A DNA stretch of 53,751 bases from Candidatus Uhrbacteria bacterium RIFCSPLOWO2_01_FULL_47_17 (GCA_001791305.1 MGEI01000003.1:182910-236660); one strand, 5' to 3'; counted from the stretch's first letter, positions 41,534-51,398 are shown. A program made the numbers and translations. Notes: generated from the sequence alone by a model not told the origin.

Positions 41534-42289
41534 ATGTTTATGAAAATACATCGCAACGCTTTGCTGATTTGCATTCCTGTTGTTGTTATTGTTTTTATTT
41601 TCATTGGACAAACGAAACAAAATTACGTGAAGACAAAAGAAATACTCCCCCAATTTATCCAAGCAGATTTTATTGATCTAGAAAAAGTCGCTTCAATTTC
41701 AAAATTCCGCTCGGGAAGTGGACATGATTTTTCTAAAGGCTCCGGAGAAACATGTCGAAGCATGAAACATTACTACAATCTTTTTCGTCCGGAAGAAATT
41801 GAGAAATGGATCAATCAAAACCATGGTTTGCCACCAAAACCCGATGGGAAAACAGATATTCTTATCTTTAGTCCCGTTGACGGAAAAATTGTAAGTATCG
41901 AATCAGAGCGAACGGATTTTGGTGAACAAATCTACCTAAGACCAAAAGCAAATCCAGATTTCATGGTTCGACTTTTTCACATCTATCCGCTCTCAAGCAT
42001 GAAAAAAGGTTCCATTGTGAAGGCAGGAGAAAACATTGGTGTGATTTCACAATATCAAAATACCGATATCGCCATTATGAAAAATTGGAATACGTTCATT
42101 TCATATTTTGAGGTGATGCCGGATTCCCTCTTCATGAATTATCAAAAATTTGGCATCAAGAATCGAAGTGAATTCATCATTTCAAAAGCGGAACGTGACG
42201 CCAATCCATTCGAATGCAACGGTGAATATTTTACGGAGCTGTATGACAGGGATCCGCGTTTTGAAAATTTTATTTTTCTCAAAAAATAA
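41534..42289 (+). CDS. Hypothetical exported protein with M23-like fold remnant
   Basis: N-terminal TM; IFSPVDGKI, FH, G..VKAGE.IG; AT-rich. Confidence 0.6.
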   Translation: MFMKIHRNALLICIPVVVIVFIFIGQTKQNYVKTKEILPQFIQADFIDLEKVASISKFRSGSGHDFSKGSGETCRSMKHYYNLFRPEEIEKWINQNHGLPPKPDGKTDILIFSPVDGKIVSIESERTDFGEQIYLRPKANPDFMVRLFHIYPLSSMKKGSIVKAGENIGVISQYQNTDIAIMKNWNTFISYFEVMPDSLFMNYQKFGIKNRSEFIISKAERDANPFECNGEYFTELYDRDPRFENFIFLKK

Positions 42290-42337
42290 GTAAGGAATAA
42301 AAAGAAAAAACGAGCTCGAATGCTCGTTTAAGAAGTC

Positions 42338-42664
42338 TCACGTTGGCGGCATATTGAGAACGCAGCCAAAAGATTCATGATGCGGTTGATGCTTGCGAGC
42401 TTGTATCGTCCGATCGCATCGCACACGCACAATTTTTTGATCCCCTTCATGTGCATCTCGCACGTACGCGTCGCAATAGACGTGATTCCCTTCCGTCAAT
42501 GAATCTTCATTACAACTAATCATGACGATTTGAAGTTGTGTTCCCAACACGTATCGCCGAATGTTTGATTGTGCCGTCACATTCGATGGGATAGGCTTGT
42601 TCTCGCAGGCAAGATTACTTGCCGTAAAAATGAAAATGAGAAAAAACAAACGTTTCATAATCAC
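42338..42664 (-). CDS. Small Cys-rich lipoprotein-like protein
   Basis: Signal peptide ending NLAC; four further Cys. Confidence 0.65.
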   Translation of the reverse strand: MIMKRLFFLIFIFTASNLACENKPIPSNVTAQSNIRRYVLGTQLQIVMISCNEDSLTEGNHVYCDAYVRDAHEGDQKIVRVRCDRTIQARKHQPHHESFGCVLNMPPT

Positions 42665-43053
42665 CTCGATTCAGGCTTTGCAGGGGCTGAAGGCGTGGGC
42701 GCCGGAAGCTGCTGCATGGTTGGCGGATACGGGGCGAACTTGGGCTTACAACCACCCGTTCGCGCTCCCCAGGCACCAGAACCGCAGTCGAGCAGTTCCT
42801 TGAACTCGGGTGCGTTGTCAGCTCCTTGAAACCGACCTGTGCAGGTAATGTACCCGTCACGATCGGAATCCGTCTCCGCACAACTCTTTCCAAGAAGCTT
42901 GTAGTTCATCTCTTTTGAGTACTTCTCCAAGTTCTCAATCGCGCCTTCCTCAGAGCCAACAAAGATGGCAAACCCAACGGCTTTGTTGTAGGTCCACGCG
43001 CTCAGAATTCCTGTGACAAGAAGAATCAAACCAACAATCAATCCTTTCTGCAT
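42661..43053 (-). CDS. Small Cys-rich exported protein with DxDxDG loop
   Basis: N-terminal TM; CAETDSDRDGYITC...C...GGC; GGGAG SD before MQKGLI. Confidence 0.7.
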   Translation of the reverse strand: MQKGLIVGLILLVTGILSAWTYNKAVGFAIFVGSEEGAIENLEKYSKEMNYKLLGKSCAETDSDRDGYITCTGRFQGADNAPEFKELLDCGSGAWGARTGGCKPKFAPYPPTMQQLPAPTPSAPAKPESR

Positions 43054-43149
43054 CTGTTTCTCCCTTTCTCCAATCAACATTGATGGAGAAAAAAATCTAC
43101 ACGAAATAAGACAAAATGTCAATGATTCTTCAAAACACATGCGAATCGA

Positions 43150-43178
43150 TTGACAGAACCCCATTTTCCTGATAGTCT
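43150..43178 (+). promoter_or_regulatory. sigma70-like promoter of DEAD-box gene, implying a ~150-nt leader
   Basis: TTGACA-17nt-TAGTCT. Confidence 0.6.
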
Positions 43179-43333
43179 TTCAGCATAATTTCGCTCGACT
43201 TTATTTCGAGCATGACTCGTGGCCTCTTGTCTATTTTACGACCTGATGGAAAAACGGGTCGTAATTTTTTTAACGCTTCCTAAGCGCCTGGTCCCTTTTT
43301 GGGCTCCTTGCTCGACTTTGGTTGCCTTACTAT

Positions 43334-44794
43334 ATGACAGAGACACAAAAACCGTCTTTTGACGGCCTCGGGATCTTTCCAGATCTCCTTACCCACTTGA
43401 GTAAAATTGGATTTCACCATCCAACCCCCATTCAAGAAAAAGCGATTCCGATCGGCGCAACGGGCGAGGATTTGATTGGAATCGCCCAAACAGGAACCGG
43501 AAAAACACTCGCGTTTTCCATTCCAATGATGCAGCAAATCTCGATCAACAAAGGTCAGGGACTTGTTTTGTTACCAACACGCGAGCTCGCTTTGCAGGTT
43601 GAAGAGACCCTTCAAAAACTCAGCAAGCCATTCGGACTTCGCACAGCCGTTCTTATTGGAGGTGCGGCCATGAGTTTACAAATTAAGGCACTTCGCAATA
43701 AGCCACACGTTATTGTGGCAACTCCAGGACGTTTACTTGATCACATGGAGCAAAAAATTCTTGGTCTTCAAAACGTAAAAGTTTTGGTGCTCGATGAAGC
43801 AGACAGAATGCTCGACATGGGATTTGAACCACAAATCAAAAAAATCCTTGCGGCCGTTCCAAAAGAACGCCAAACCATGTTGTTCTCCGCAACGATGCCA
43901 GAAAAAATTTCGCAGATTGCGGAAAAGTACATGAAGAAACCACTTCGTATCGAAATGGCTCGTCAAGGAACCGCGAATGAAAATGTTGAACAAGAATTCT
44001 TCATGGTTGGAAAGGGTGACAAATTACGTCTTCTCGACAAGGTCCTCGTCGATTATAAAGGATCTGTTCTCGTATTCAGTCGAACGAAACATGGCGCAAA
44101 AAAAATCACACATGCGATTGAAAAAATGGGACATACTGTTTCCGAAATTCACTCGAACAAATCATTAAACCAACGCAAGATGGCGCTCGCCGGATTCAAA
44201 TCCGGAAAAGTGCGCGTGCTTGTCGCAACCGATATTGCTTCACGCGGAATCGATGTGACAAACATCGAACTCGTGATCAACTTTGATCTTCCAGACCAAG
44301 CAGAAGATTACGTTCACCGTATCGGACGCACGGGTCGCGCAGGGCGCACGGGAAAAGCCATTTCATTTGCAACGCCAGATCAGAAAAATGATCTCAGAAT
44401 CATTGAACGTTTGATTCGCACAAAGCTGAACGTCTTACCAACTCCAGAACTCCCCCCTCATCGCGCGGCTCCGGTCTATGAACCAGAACGTGGTGACCGC
44501 AGAGGGTCATTTCAACGAGGTGGTCGCGGAGGATTCGGTGGTGGATCTTCTCGAGGCGGAAGTTCATTTGGACATTCTCGAGGTGGCAGCTCACATGGTA
44601 GTTCTCGAGGAGGATCTTATGGCGGAAAACCAAAAGAAAAAGTTTATCAATATAAAGATGTGAAAAAAGAAGGTGCGACGGGAACAACATCGACAGACAA
44701 GCCCCGCACACAACACAAGCCATACGACCGAAAACGCCAAGGTGGTGGACAAGGATATCAAGGTCATAATCCACGCCCAATGAATCGCGTATAA
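43334..44794 (+). CDS. DEAD-box RNA helicase (RhlE-like) with RGG-rich tail
   Basis: AQTGTGKT, PTRELA, DEAD, SAT, RGID, HRIGRTGR. Confidence 0.97.
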   Translation: MTETQKPSFDGLGIFPDLLTHLSKIGFHHPTPIQEKAIPIGATGEDLIGIAQTGTGKTLAFSIPMMQQISINKGQGLVLLPTRELALQVEETLQKLSKPFGLRTAVLIGGAAMSLQIKALRNKPHVIVATPGRLLDHMEQKILGLQNVKVLVLDEADRMLDMGFEPQIKKILAAVPKERQTMLFSATMPEKISQIAEKYMKKPLRIEMARQGTANENVEQEFFMVGKGDKLRLLDKVLVDYKGSVLVFSRTKHGAKKITHAIEKMGHTVSEIHSNKSLNQRKMALAGFKSGKVRVLVATDIASRGIDVTNIELVINFDLPDQAEDYVHRIGRTGRAGRTGKAISFATPDQKNDLRIIERLIRTKLNVLPTPELPPHRAAPVYEPERGDRRGSFQRGGRGGFGGGSSRGGSSFGHSRGGSSHGSSRGGSYGGKPKEKVYQYKDVKKEGATGTTSTDKPRTQHKPYDRKRQGGGQGYQGHNPRPMNRV

Positions 44795-44798
44795 AACG

Positions 44799-44839
44799 AA
44801 AAACAAAACCATCGATTAAATGTCGATGGTTTTGTTTTT
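44799..44839. terminator. Bidirectional terminator overlapping msrB 3' end
   Basis: aaaaacaaaaccatcga...tcgatggttttgttttt. Confidence 0.7.
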
Positions 44840-45202
44840 GAAATCCAGTGCCAGCGAATTAATGCAGTAGCGCTTCCCTGTTGGACCCGGACCATCGTCA
44901 AAGACATGTCCGAGGTGCGCACCGCAATTTGCGCATGTCACTTCCGTACGACGCATTCCCATCGTCGTATCGTCCGAGAGCTTCACGTGCCCTTGGTCAA
45001 CAACGTCCGAGAAGCTCGGCCAACCAGACCCAGAATCAAACTTTGTGTCCGAGGAGAACAGCGTTTGCCCACAATTCACACAGGTGAACATGCCGTTCTC
45101 GTGGAAATCAACATATTTACCGGAGAATGGCGGCTCGGTTCCTTTCAAAAAACAGATGTTCTTTTGTTCGGCTGTGAGATTTGGATTTTCCATCTTTGGC
45201 AT
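44816..45202 (-). CDS. msrB: Peptide-methionine (R)-S-oxide reductase
   Basis: GTEPPF, CxxC, GSGWPSF, HLGHVF.DGP, RYCINS. Confidence 0.97.
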   Translation of the reverse strand: MPKMENPNLTAEQKNICFLKGTEPPFSGKYVDFHENGMFTCVNCGQTLFSSDTKFDSGSGWPSFSDVVDQGHVKLSDDTTMGMRRTEVTCANCGAHLGHVFDDGPGPTGKRYCINSLALDFKNKTIDI

Positions 45203-45281
45203 ATGAATCGATCATACAAGATCGTTGACAATGAGACAAAAATTGCATACCCTCAGTTCATCTCATTCATAGGAGAACACA

Positions 45282-46256
45282 ATGGATCATCTCATTGTCA
45301 TGAATCCGTTTGCGAGGCATATGCGGAAAGATCGAACGCTTCGTACGCGCTTGCGCTCGCTTGTGCGACGACCCGCGTCGGTGATTGAGCCGCAATCTGT
45401 TGATGAACTGATTAAAACCATGAAAGCCTTGGGAGACGTTCGAGGTCTTGCGGATGTGACGGTCTACATCGTTGGTGGAGACGGAACGTTCAATCAAGTC
45501 TTGAATTGGGTGATGACATTGCCCGCGGAAAATCGACCGCGCCTTATGCCGGTTGGTGGCGGGCAATTCAATTTCATGACCAAATTCGTTGGTCTGAAAA
45601 GCACGGATCCGTCTGTGAATCTTGCGAAAATCTTTTCTGGAGATATCGAAACTGTTTCAGAACCCTGGAAGTCCATTCGTATTCATCATTCGACTTCAAA
45701 TGAGACACGCTTTGCCGCGGTTGTTGCAAACGGGATTCTCTGTGATGCGGTGGAATGGTACGAAGAGGTTGGCAAAGGTGATATGGCGGATGTAGTGAAG
45801 CTGATCGGCGCCATGGTCGCAGATTTTGCCAAAAACATGATTCATGGCCGCCATGGTCGCATCAAACCCACCAGGGGTGACATTACGATCAATCACAACA
45901 ATCTCGGAGTTGAGGAATACGCTGCATTCATGTTCGGTACTGTCCCAGAGTTTCTACCGGGCTGTCGGCCGTTTCTGTCACCTCCCAACCACGCATCGTT
46001 TTCAGCCATGGTCTACTCGGGAAACCTTGCATCGCTTGCGGCAAGTGTCCCGCTCGTTTGGAATGGCTGGGCTTCACCGCTCACGGATCTGCACATGTTC
46101 AACGCCGACGCGGAACATGTCGTTGTTAAAACAAAAGACCCGCGCCTCCTTGTGGATGGCGATCTGCATACCTGGCCCGTTTCTGAACAGCATCCAACAC
46201 ACATCCTCACCATCACGCACAGCGAACCCATTCAGCTTCTTCACGCAGTCTCCTAA
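45282..46256 (+). CDS. Diacylglycerol/lipid kinase family protein
   Basis: VMNP, VGGDGT, P.GG..N, VDGD; AGGAG SD; TTGACA-17-TACCCT. Confidence 0.8.
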   Translation: MDHLIVMNPFARHMRKDRTLRTRLRSLVRRPASVIEPQSVDELIKTMKALGDVRGLADVTVYIVGGDGTFNQVLNWVMTLPAENRPRLMPVGGGQFNFMTKFVGLKSTDPSVNLAKIFSGDIETVSEPWKSIRIHHSTSNETRFAAVVANGILCDAVEWYEEVGKGDMADVVKLIGAMVADFAKNMIHGRHGRIKPTRGDITINHNNLGVEEYAAFMFGTVPEFLPGCRPFLSPPNHASFSAMVYSGNLASLAASVPLVWNGWASPLTDLHMFNADAEHVVVKTKDPRLLVDGDLHTWPVSEQHPTHILTITHSEPIQLLHAVS

Positions 46257-46332
46257 AGGCTGCTTTTTTGTATCCATCCGTTGACTTTTCGATCTATTCC
46301 TATATAATTCGAACGAATTTAAATACACCCCT

Positions 46333-47805
46333 ATGTCCGACCACGGAAATGTCATTGTCCGATTTGATAACGTTACGTTTGGTTATCATGAAAAAAACAC
46401 GCTTCTGAAAGACGTGAATTTTTCTATTCGCGAAAATGCCAAAGTCACACTCATGGGACAAAATGGTGCTGGGAAATCAACGATTTTTCATTTGATGCTT
46501 GGAGATGCAAAACCCCTCAAGGGACAAGTTCATATCAAACAGGGGGCAAAGATTGGAATTGCAAAACAAGTCATGGATCGCTCATATCTCGAAATGACGG
46601 TCGAAGATTACTTCGCAACAGCATTTGCGGAGAGACCACGAAATCTGCCGGCTCTCATTGATCAAGCTCTCGAAGCGGTAAACTATCCTCTTGATCACAA
46701 AATCACCATCAATCGTCTGAGTGGAGGACAACAAGCTCGTCTCCTCCTCGCCTACGCCCTCATCCAAAAACCGGACATTCTCCTTCTCGACGAGCCAACG
46801 AACAATCTCGATGAGGACGGCATTGGTCACCTCATCACCTTCCTCATGATGTATGAGAAAACCGTGATCGTTATTTCCCACGATGCAGACTTCTTAAACA
46901 CATTTACCGATAGCGTCATCTATCTCGACGCGCAAAAACAAGAAGTGGACTCCTACCAAGGCGACTACTATGACGTGGTCGAACAAATCAAATCACGTAT
47001 CGAAGCCGAAGAGCGCAAGAACGCTCAGTTGCTCAAGAACATTCAAGATCGAAAAGAAAAAGTAAACTTCTTTGCAAACAAAGGAGGAAAAATGCGTAAG
47101 CTTGCTGCAAAGTTGAAAGAAGAAATTGAAGAGGATGAATCCAACATGGTGGACGTGAAACAAGATGACAAAACGATCGTTCGCTTCGACATCGAAGCGA
47201 CAGAATACAAAGATCCAATCGTCGATGTCTCGTCCGTGGGTGTTTGGAATCAAGGCGAGGCGATTCACTGCCCTGTCGAACTCAAACTACGCCGCGGAGA
47301 TCGATTACTTCTCAAAGGTCCAAACGGAATTGGAAAGACCACATTGCTGAAGCGACTCGCGACACGCACAGAAGAAGGTGTGTTTATCCCAGCCGATGTG
47401 ATCGTTGGATACTACGAACAAGACTTCTCCGGACTCGACTTCTCGCAAACAGCATTCGAATCTCTCAAATCCGTCATGGCCGTTGGAGATGATGAAACCG
47501 TTTACGGAACCGCAGGTCGCTTTTTACTTCGAGGAGAAACCATGCAAACACGAGTCGGCGCGCTTTCGGAAGGACAAAAGGCCCTTCTCTGTTTCGCTCG
47601 CTTCGTCATTCAAAAACCAAACTTATTGATTCTCGACGAGCCAACCAACCACGTAAACTTCCGCCATTTGCCTGTGATCGCACAAGCGTTGCAGAATTTC
47701 AAAGGTGCGATGATCGTAGTCAGTCACGACACAGAGTTTCTCAAATCGATCTCGTTCAACAACGAACTCGACCTCGGAGCGCTTCGTAAGAAAGCGTTAT
47801 CATAA
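46333..47805 (+). CDS. ABC-F family ATPase
   Basis: Two NBDs (GQNGAGKS/LSGGQ/DEPTN and GPNGIGKT/LSEGQ/DEPTN); no TM segments. Confidence 0.92.
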   Translation: MSDHGNVIVRFDNVTFGYHEKNTLLKDVNFSIRENAKVTLMGQNGAGKSTIFHLMLGDAKPLKGQVHIKQGAKIGIAKQVMDRSYLEMTVEDYFATAFAERPRNLPALIDQALEAVNYPLDHKITINRLSGGQQARLLLAYALIQKPDILLLDEPTNNLDEDGIGHLITFLMMYEKTVIVISHDADFLNTFTDSVIYLDAQKQEVDSYQGDYYDVVEQIKSRIEAEERKNAQLLKNIQDRKEKVNFFANKGGKMRKLAAKLKEEIEEDESNMVDVKQDDKTIVRFDIEATEYKDPIVDVSSVGVWNQGEAIHCPVELKLRRGDRLLLKGPNGIGKTTLLKRLATRTEEGVFIPADVIVGYYEQDFSGLDFSQTAFESLKSVMAVGDDETVYGTAGRFLLRGETMQTRVGALSEGQKALLCFARFVIQKPNLLILDEPTNHVNFRHLPVIAQALQNFKGAMIVVSHDTEFLKSISFNNELDLGALRKKALS

Positions 47806-47807
47806 AC

Positions 47808-47838
47808 AAAATCCTCGAGTTGATCTCGAGGATTTTTT
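47808..47838. terminator. Bidirectional terminator
   Basis: aaaatcctcgag-ttgat-ctcgaggatttt. Confidence 0.75.
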
Positions 47839-47839
47839 G

Positions 47840-48805
47840 TTACTGGATTGGAACGGCTGGCGGCATCTTTTCTGTCACTGGCCGATACAGTTCCGGGTCA
47901 ATGGTGCGTTCGAAACAAATGCGGCCGCCGCCATGAGACCAGTTATCCATGAAGGACTCTCCGTATCGCATAGGGACTGCAGGATATTTGCTAAGTGAGT
48001 TTGTTTCAGATGAGTACGTGAACGTTGCGCACAACTCGAATTTAAGATCACCTTTTACAAAATACTCATAAGGTTGCTTTGTACTTGGATCCAGAGGCGG
48101 AGTAAAACCCGAGAGTGAGTCGGTGAGTTCTGATAACTGCGCAGGGATCTTGGATTTTTGTGTCCAATGATTAATGATGTTCGATTGAATCATTTGAAGA
48201 TCTTGCACGCGCTGATCATCAAATCTCATGGCACGTTGCTTTGCGGGACTTCCGATGATAAAAAATCCTGCGACAATCGCTGCAAGCACAACCACTGCAC
48301 TTGCAATGGCTGCCATGCGTGTCACGTGAGTCTTCTTCGAGGGATCACGGCGAAGCTCCCAGAGGTAGTAGGCAAACACGGCGGCTGCAACCACAAGAAC
48401 TACGAGAACTTTGAGAACAAATCGCGTTGTAATCTCTCCGCTCAAAAAACTGTTGATGAGTGTGATCAAATCAACAATGATGGTGATTGATGCAAGGAAT
48501 AATGTGAGATACAAAAGCCATTTGCGAATGCGAGAGTCTTTTTTGTGAGGATCTTGTCGCAAATCTTTGCCAATAAGCCACGTCATAAAAATCATGACTG
48601 GCCAGACAATGAGAAGCGCGGAAATATATCCTCGAATCGCGCCGGAAGCACCCGAGTAGTAAAAATTTAATGCATCGGGAAACTTCACCTCTACGTATTG
48701 CCAAAGCAATCCGACGAAGCTGATCACACCAACATAAAGCATGGCGATCATAAGAAGATACGAAAACACATCTTTGGCAGCGGACGAATGTTTTAGAGTG
48801 GGCAT
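47840..48805 (-). CDS. DUF5671-like membrane protein
   Basis: KDVF.YL, RKWLLYLTLF, FL.GEIT.RF, GSP...R..RFD..R..DL, P.DP.T..PYEY. Confidence 0.75.
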   Translation of the reverse strand: MPTLKHSSAAKDVFSYLLMIAMLYVGVISFVGLLWQYVEVKFPDALNFYYSGASGAIRGYISALLIVWPVMIFMTWLIGKDLRQDPHKKDSRIRKWLLYLTLFLASITIIVDLITLINSFLSGEITTRFVLKVLVVLVVAAAVFAYYLWELRRDPSKKTHVTRMAAIASAVVVLAAIVAGFFIIGSPAKQRAMRFDDQRVQDLQMIQSNIINHWTQKSKIPAQLSELTDSLSGFTPPLDPSTKQPYEYFVKGDLKFELCATFTYSSETNSLSKYPAVPMRYGESFMDNWSHGGGRICFERTIDPELYRPVTEKMPPAVPIQ

Positions 48806-48821
48806 ATGATCAAAGTATAGC

Positions 48822-48860
48822 AAAAACAAAAACACCTGACGAATCAGGTGTTTTTGTTTT
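48822..48860 (-). terminator. Terminator after csp
   Basis: aaaacaaaaacacctga-cgaa-tcaggtgtttttgtttt. Confidence 0.75.
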
Positions 48861-48867
48861 CAAGCTA

Positions 48868-49065
48868 TTACGCTTGTTGAACGTTTACAGCACGTGGTCC
48901 TTTGTCAGAAGCTTCAGTTTCAAAAGAAACTTTGTCTCCAACAGAAAGATCATTGTATTGAACGTCAACTAATGCAGAAGAGTGAAAGAAAAGATCCTTA
49001 CCACCATCGTCTGGTGTGATGAATCCAAATCCCTTTTCTGTCATTGTTTTGATGGTTCCCATCAT
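48868..49065 (-). CDS. Cold shock domain protein
   Basis: KGFGFI, LFFHSS, KGPRAVNV. Confidence 0.95.
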   Translation of the reverse strand: MMGTIKTMTEKGFGFITPDDGGKDLFFHSSALVDVQYNDLSVGDKVSFETEASDKGPRAVNVQQA

Positions 49066-49160
49066 AATGTCTGACTTCATGTGATTTATCCGCAAATTAT
49101 GGCCGCTTTGCGAAATTCGACGAATCTCCGCGTTTGTGTGGCTTACTTTTGCTTGGCTGC

Positions 49161-49189
49161 ACTATACACCAAATACCGGATTTTGTCAA
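49161..49189 (-). promoter_or_regulatory. sigma70-like promoter of csp, ~90-nt leader
   Basis: TTGACA-17nt-TATAGT. Confidence 0.7.
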
Positions 49190-49224
49190 TGGATCGACGG
49201 AAAGATGTCAAGGGGGAGAGATGA

Positions 49225-49308
49225 AAGGCGGAAAGGGCGGAGAGGGCGGAAAAGGCTAAGAAAATAAACGCTTATGTTGTTATTCGCCCTTTCCGCCTTC
49301 TTCGCCCT
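49225..49308. repeat. Inverted pair of 9-nt tandem arrays
   Basis: Four purine-rich units 49225-49260; three complementary units 49282-49308. Confidence 0.7.
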
Positions 49309-49327
49309 TCTGCTATACTTCCCCCAT

Positions 49328-49840
49328 ATGCGTCTCCCAACTCGAAAAAAAGAACTGGATAACAATCAGCTGAAGGGCGATGATGGTCCTGTGTACCTCA
49401 CAAAAGCCGGGCTTGAGAAACTCGAGCATCAACTGGTTGATCTTGAAGTCCAGCACAAACAGGCGGTAAAAGACACACAGACGACTGGTGAGCTTGGGGA
49501 TTTCTCGGAAAACGCGGAGTACCAGGAAGCAAAACACCGTATGCGTAATCTGGCATCGAGAATGACGATTATCAAAGAGAAACTGAAAAACATGATCGTG
49601 ATTGAAAAAGACGAAACGGACGCGGATCGCATTCAACTCGGGTCAACGGTTGTGCTCAATATGAACGATCGAACACTCACATTCGAGATCGTTGGGCCAC
49701 ATGAAGCAAACCCAATGCGTGGAAGAATCTCACACCTCTCCCCGCTTGGCTCGCACCTGATCGGACACACAGTAGGTGAAACGATTTCGGTTGTGACGCA
49801 TGGCGATGAATTGGTTTATACGATTCTCAAAGTAACATGA
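49328..49840 (+). CDS. GreA/GreB transcription elongation factor
   Basis: GDFSENAEY..AK, IQLGS.V, IVG..EA.P..G.IS..SPLG..L.G. Confidence 0.93.
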   Translation: MRLPTRKKELDNNQLKGDDGPVYLTKAGLEKLEHQLVDLEVQHKQAVKDTQTTGELGDFSENAEYQEAKHRMRNLASRMTIIKEKLKNMIVIEKDETDADRIQLGSTVVLNMNDRTLTFEIVGPHEANPMRGRISHLSPLGSHLIGHTVGETISVVTHGDELVYTILKVT

Positions 49841-49848
49841 ATTCCCCC

Positions 49849-49935
49849 GTGTCATTCCGACCGAGGAGTCATCGACGAGTGGAGGAATCTCACATTTAGA
49901 AACGCGGGATCCCTCGGCTTCGCTCGGGATGACAC
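49849..49935. repeat. GTCAT-type miniature palindromic element
   Basis: gtgtcattccga...gaggaatct...ggatccctcggcttcgctcgggatgacac; 12-bp termini with one mismatch. Confidence 0.8.
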
Positions 49936-49952
49936 AAGAAAAAAGCTGGACA

Positions 49953-51398
49953 TTACGTCCAGCTTTTTGTTACAGGCTTCCCTTCTTCATATCCGGATGC
50001 AGTCTGTACTCCAACAATTGCTTTTTCATGAAATTCATCGAGATTGCGCGCACCCGAGTATGTGCACGCACTGCGAACTCCCGCCGTGATTTCATCGATA
50101 ATGTCCTCAACACTTTCTTGGCCTGGATTCAAATACATGCGCGTTTGACTCACCCCCTCTTCGAAGAATTCTTTCTGCGCCTGCTCAAACGGATCTGTAT
50201 TCTCGGTACGATTCGTCACCGCGCGTCGTGACGCCATGCCAAATTGTTCTTTATACATGCGACCATTCTCGTCGAACTGAACATCCGCCGGGCTCTCGTA
50301 CGTTCCGGCAAACCAAGTTCCGATCATAACCGAATGTGCGCCGGCCGCAAGTGCGAGCGCGACATCACGCGGATGCTTTACGCCTCCATCCGCACACACG
50401 AACGCACCATGCGCCCGCGCGTACTTCGCGACTTCTGATACAGCCGAAAATTGCGGACGTCCGACTCCAGTCGTCATGCGCGTTTTACACGCCCCGCCCG
50501 GACCCACTCCCACTTTCAAATGCGTTGCGCCTGCGTCGATCAAATCCTTCGCCGCCGCTTCGCCTACGATGTTCCCAGCCATAATCGGTTTCGACGGACC
50601 AACGAGCGAGCGCGCTTTCTTTACGGCATCAATCATCATCTTCTGATGTCCGTGCGCAGTGTCGAGAACAATCATATCGACGCCGATCTGGTTTAATCGA
50701 TCGAGTGTTTCGTCGAGGCCAAAACGAATTCGAACTGCCACGGCAGTGAGGAGATTTCCACTAGAGTTTAGCGCCGGCTTATACTGCACCGCGCGAACAC
50801 AGCCCTTTTTTGTCATGACGCCGGCGAGCGTTCCGTCGAGATTCACAACGGGCGCAATCGAAAGTCGACGATCGTGAAGTGTTTGAAAAATCTCTTTTGG
50901 TGTTTGTGTGCTCGGAACCGTAATCAAATCGCGCGTCATGACGTCGACGAGACGGTTATAGCGATCGCGACGATACGCATCTTTCTCTGTAAAAATTCCA
51001 ACAGGCTTGTTTTGTTTATCGACGATAATGACGGCGCGATGCGCTCGCTTGTTGATGAGGTTCAACGCGGTCTGCACAGACTCTTGCTCATCGAGCACAA
51101 TCGGCGTCTCAAATACCGGATGACAAACCTTTGTTGCCTTTACGATCTCTTCGATGCGCTCGAGCGACATGTCCTGTGTGAGAACCACGAGACCGCCGCG
51201 ACGTGTCACTGCTTCCGACATACGTTTTCCTGCAACTGCCGTCATGTTCGAGACAACGATCGGCAACGTCATTCCCGTTCCGTCTTGTGGCGAAAGGTCA
51301 ACGTTCATGCGCGAGACAATATCCGAAAACTGCGGCATGAGAAAGACATCCTGATAAGTCAGTTCTTTTTCGGCGTCGAGCGGATGAAGGAAGTGCAT
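49953..51398 (-). CDS. GuaB1-type IMP dehydrogenase/GMP reductase with CBS domains
   Basis: LTY.DVF, NMTAVAG.RM, DTAHGHQ, KVGVGPG..C.TR, ADGG, FGMAS. Confidence 0.92.
   Translation of the reverse strand: MHFLHPLDAEKELTYQDVFLMPQFSDIVSRMNVDLSPQDGTGMTLPIVVSNMTAVAGKRMSEAVTRRGGLVVLTQDMSLERIEEIVKATKVCHPVFETPIVLDEQESVQTALNLINKRAHRAVIIVDKQNKPVGIFTEKDAYRRDRYNRLVDVMTRDLITVPSTQTPKEIFQTLHDRRLSIAPVVNLDGTLAGVMTKKGCVRAVQYKPALNSSGNLLTAVAVRIRFGLDETLDRLNQIGVDMIVLDTAHGHQKMMIDAVKKARSLVGPSKPIMAGNIVGEAAAKDLIDAGATHLKVGVGPGGACKTRMTTGVGRPQFSAVSEVAKYARAHGAFVCADGGVKHPRDVALALAAGAHSVMIGTWFAGTYESPADVQFDENGRMYKEQFGMASRRAVTNRTENTDPFEQAQKEFFEEGVSQTRMYLNPGQESVEDIIDEITAGVRSACTYSGARNLDEFHEKAIVGVQTASGYEEGKPVTKSWT

Noticed and set aside
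44510-44626. SRGGS tandem repeats as a mobile repeat
   Set aside because: Ordinary RGG low-complexity tail of DEAD-box helicases.
49225-49308. CRISPR array
   Set aside because: Units are 9 nt with no spacers, and no cas genes are present. The four-Cys nuclease at 2333-3100 is the helicase-fused domain, not Cas4.
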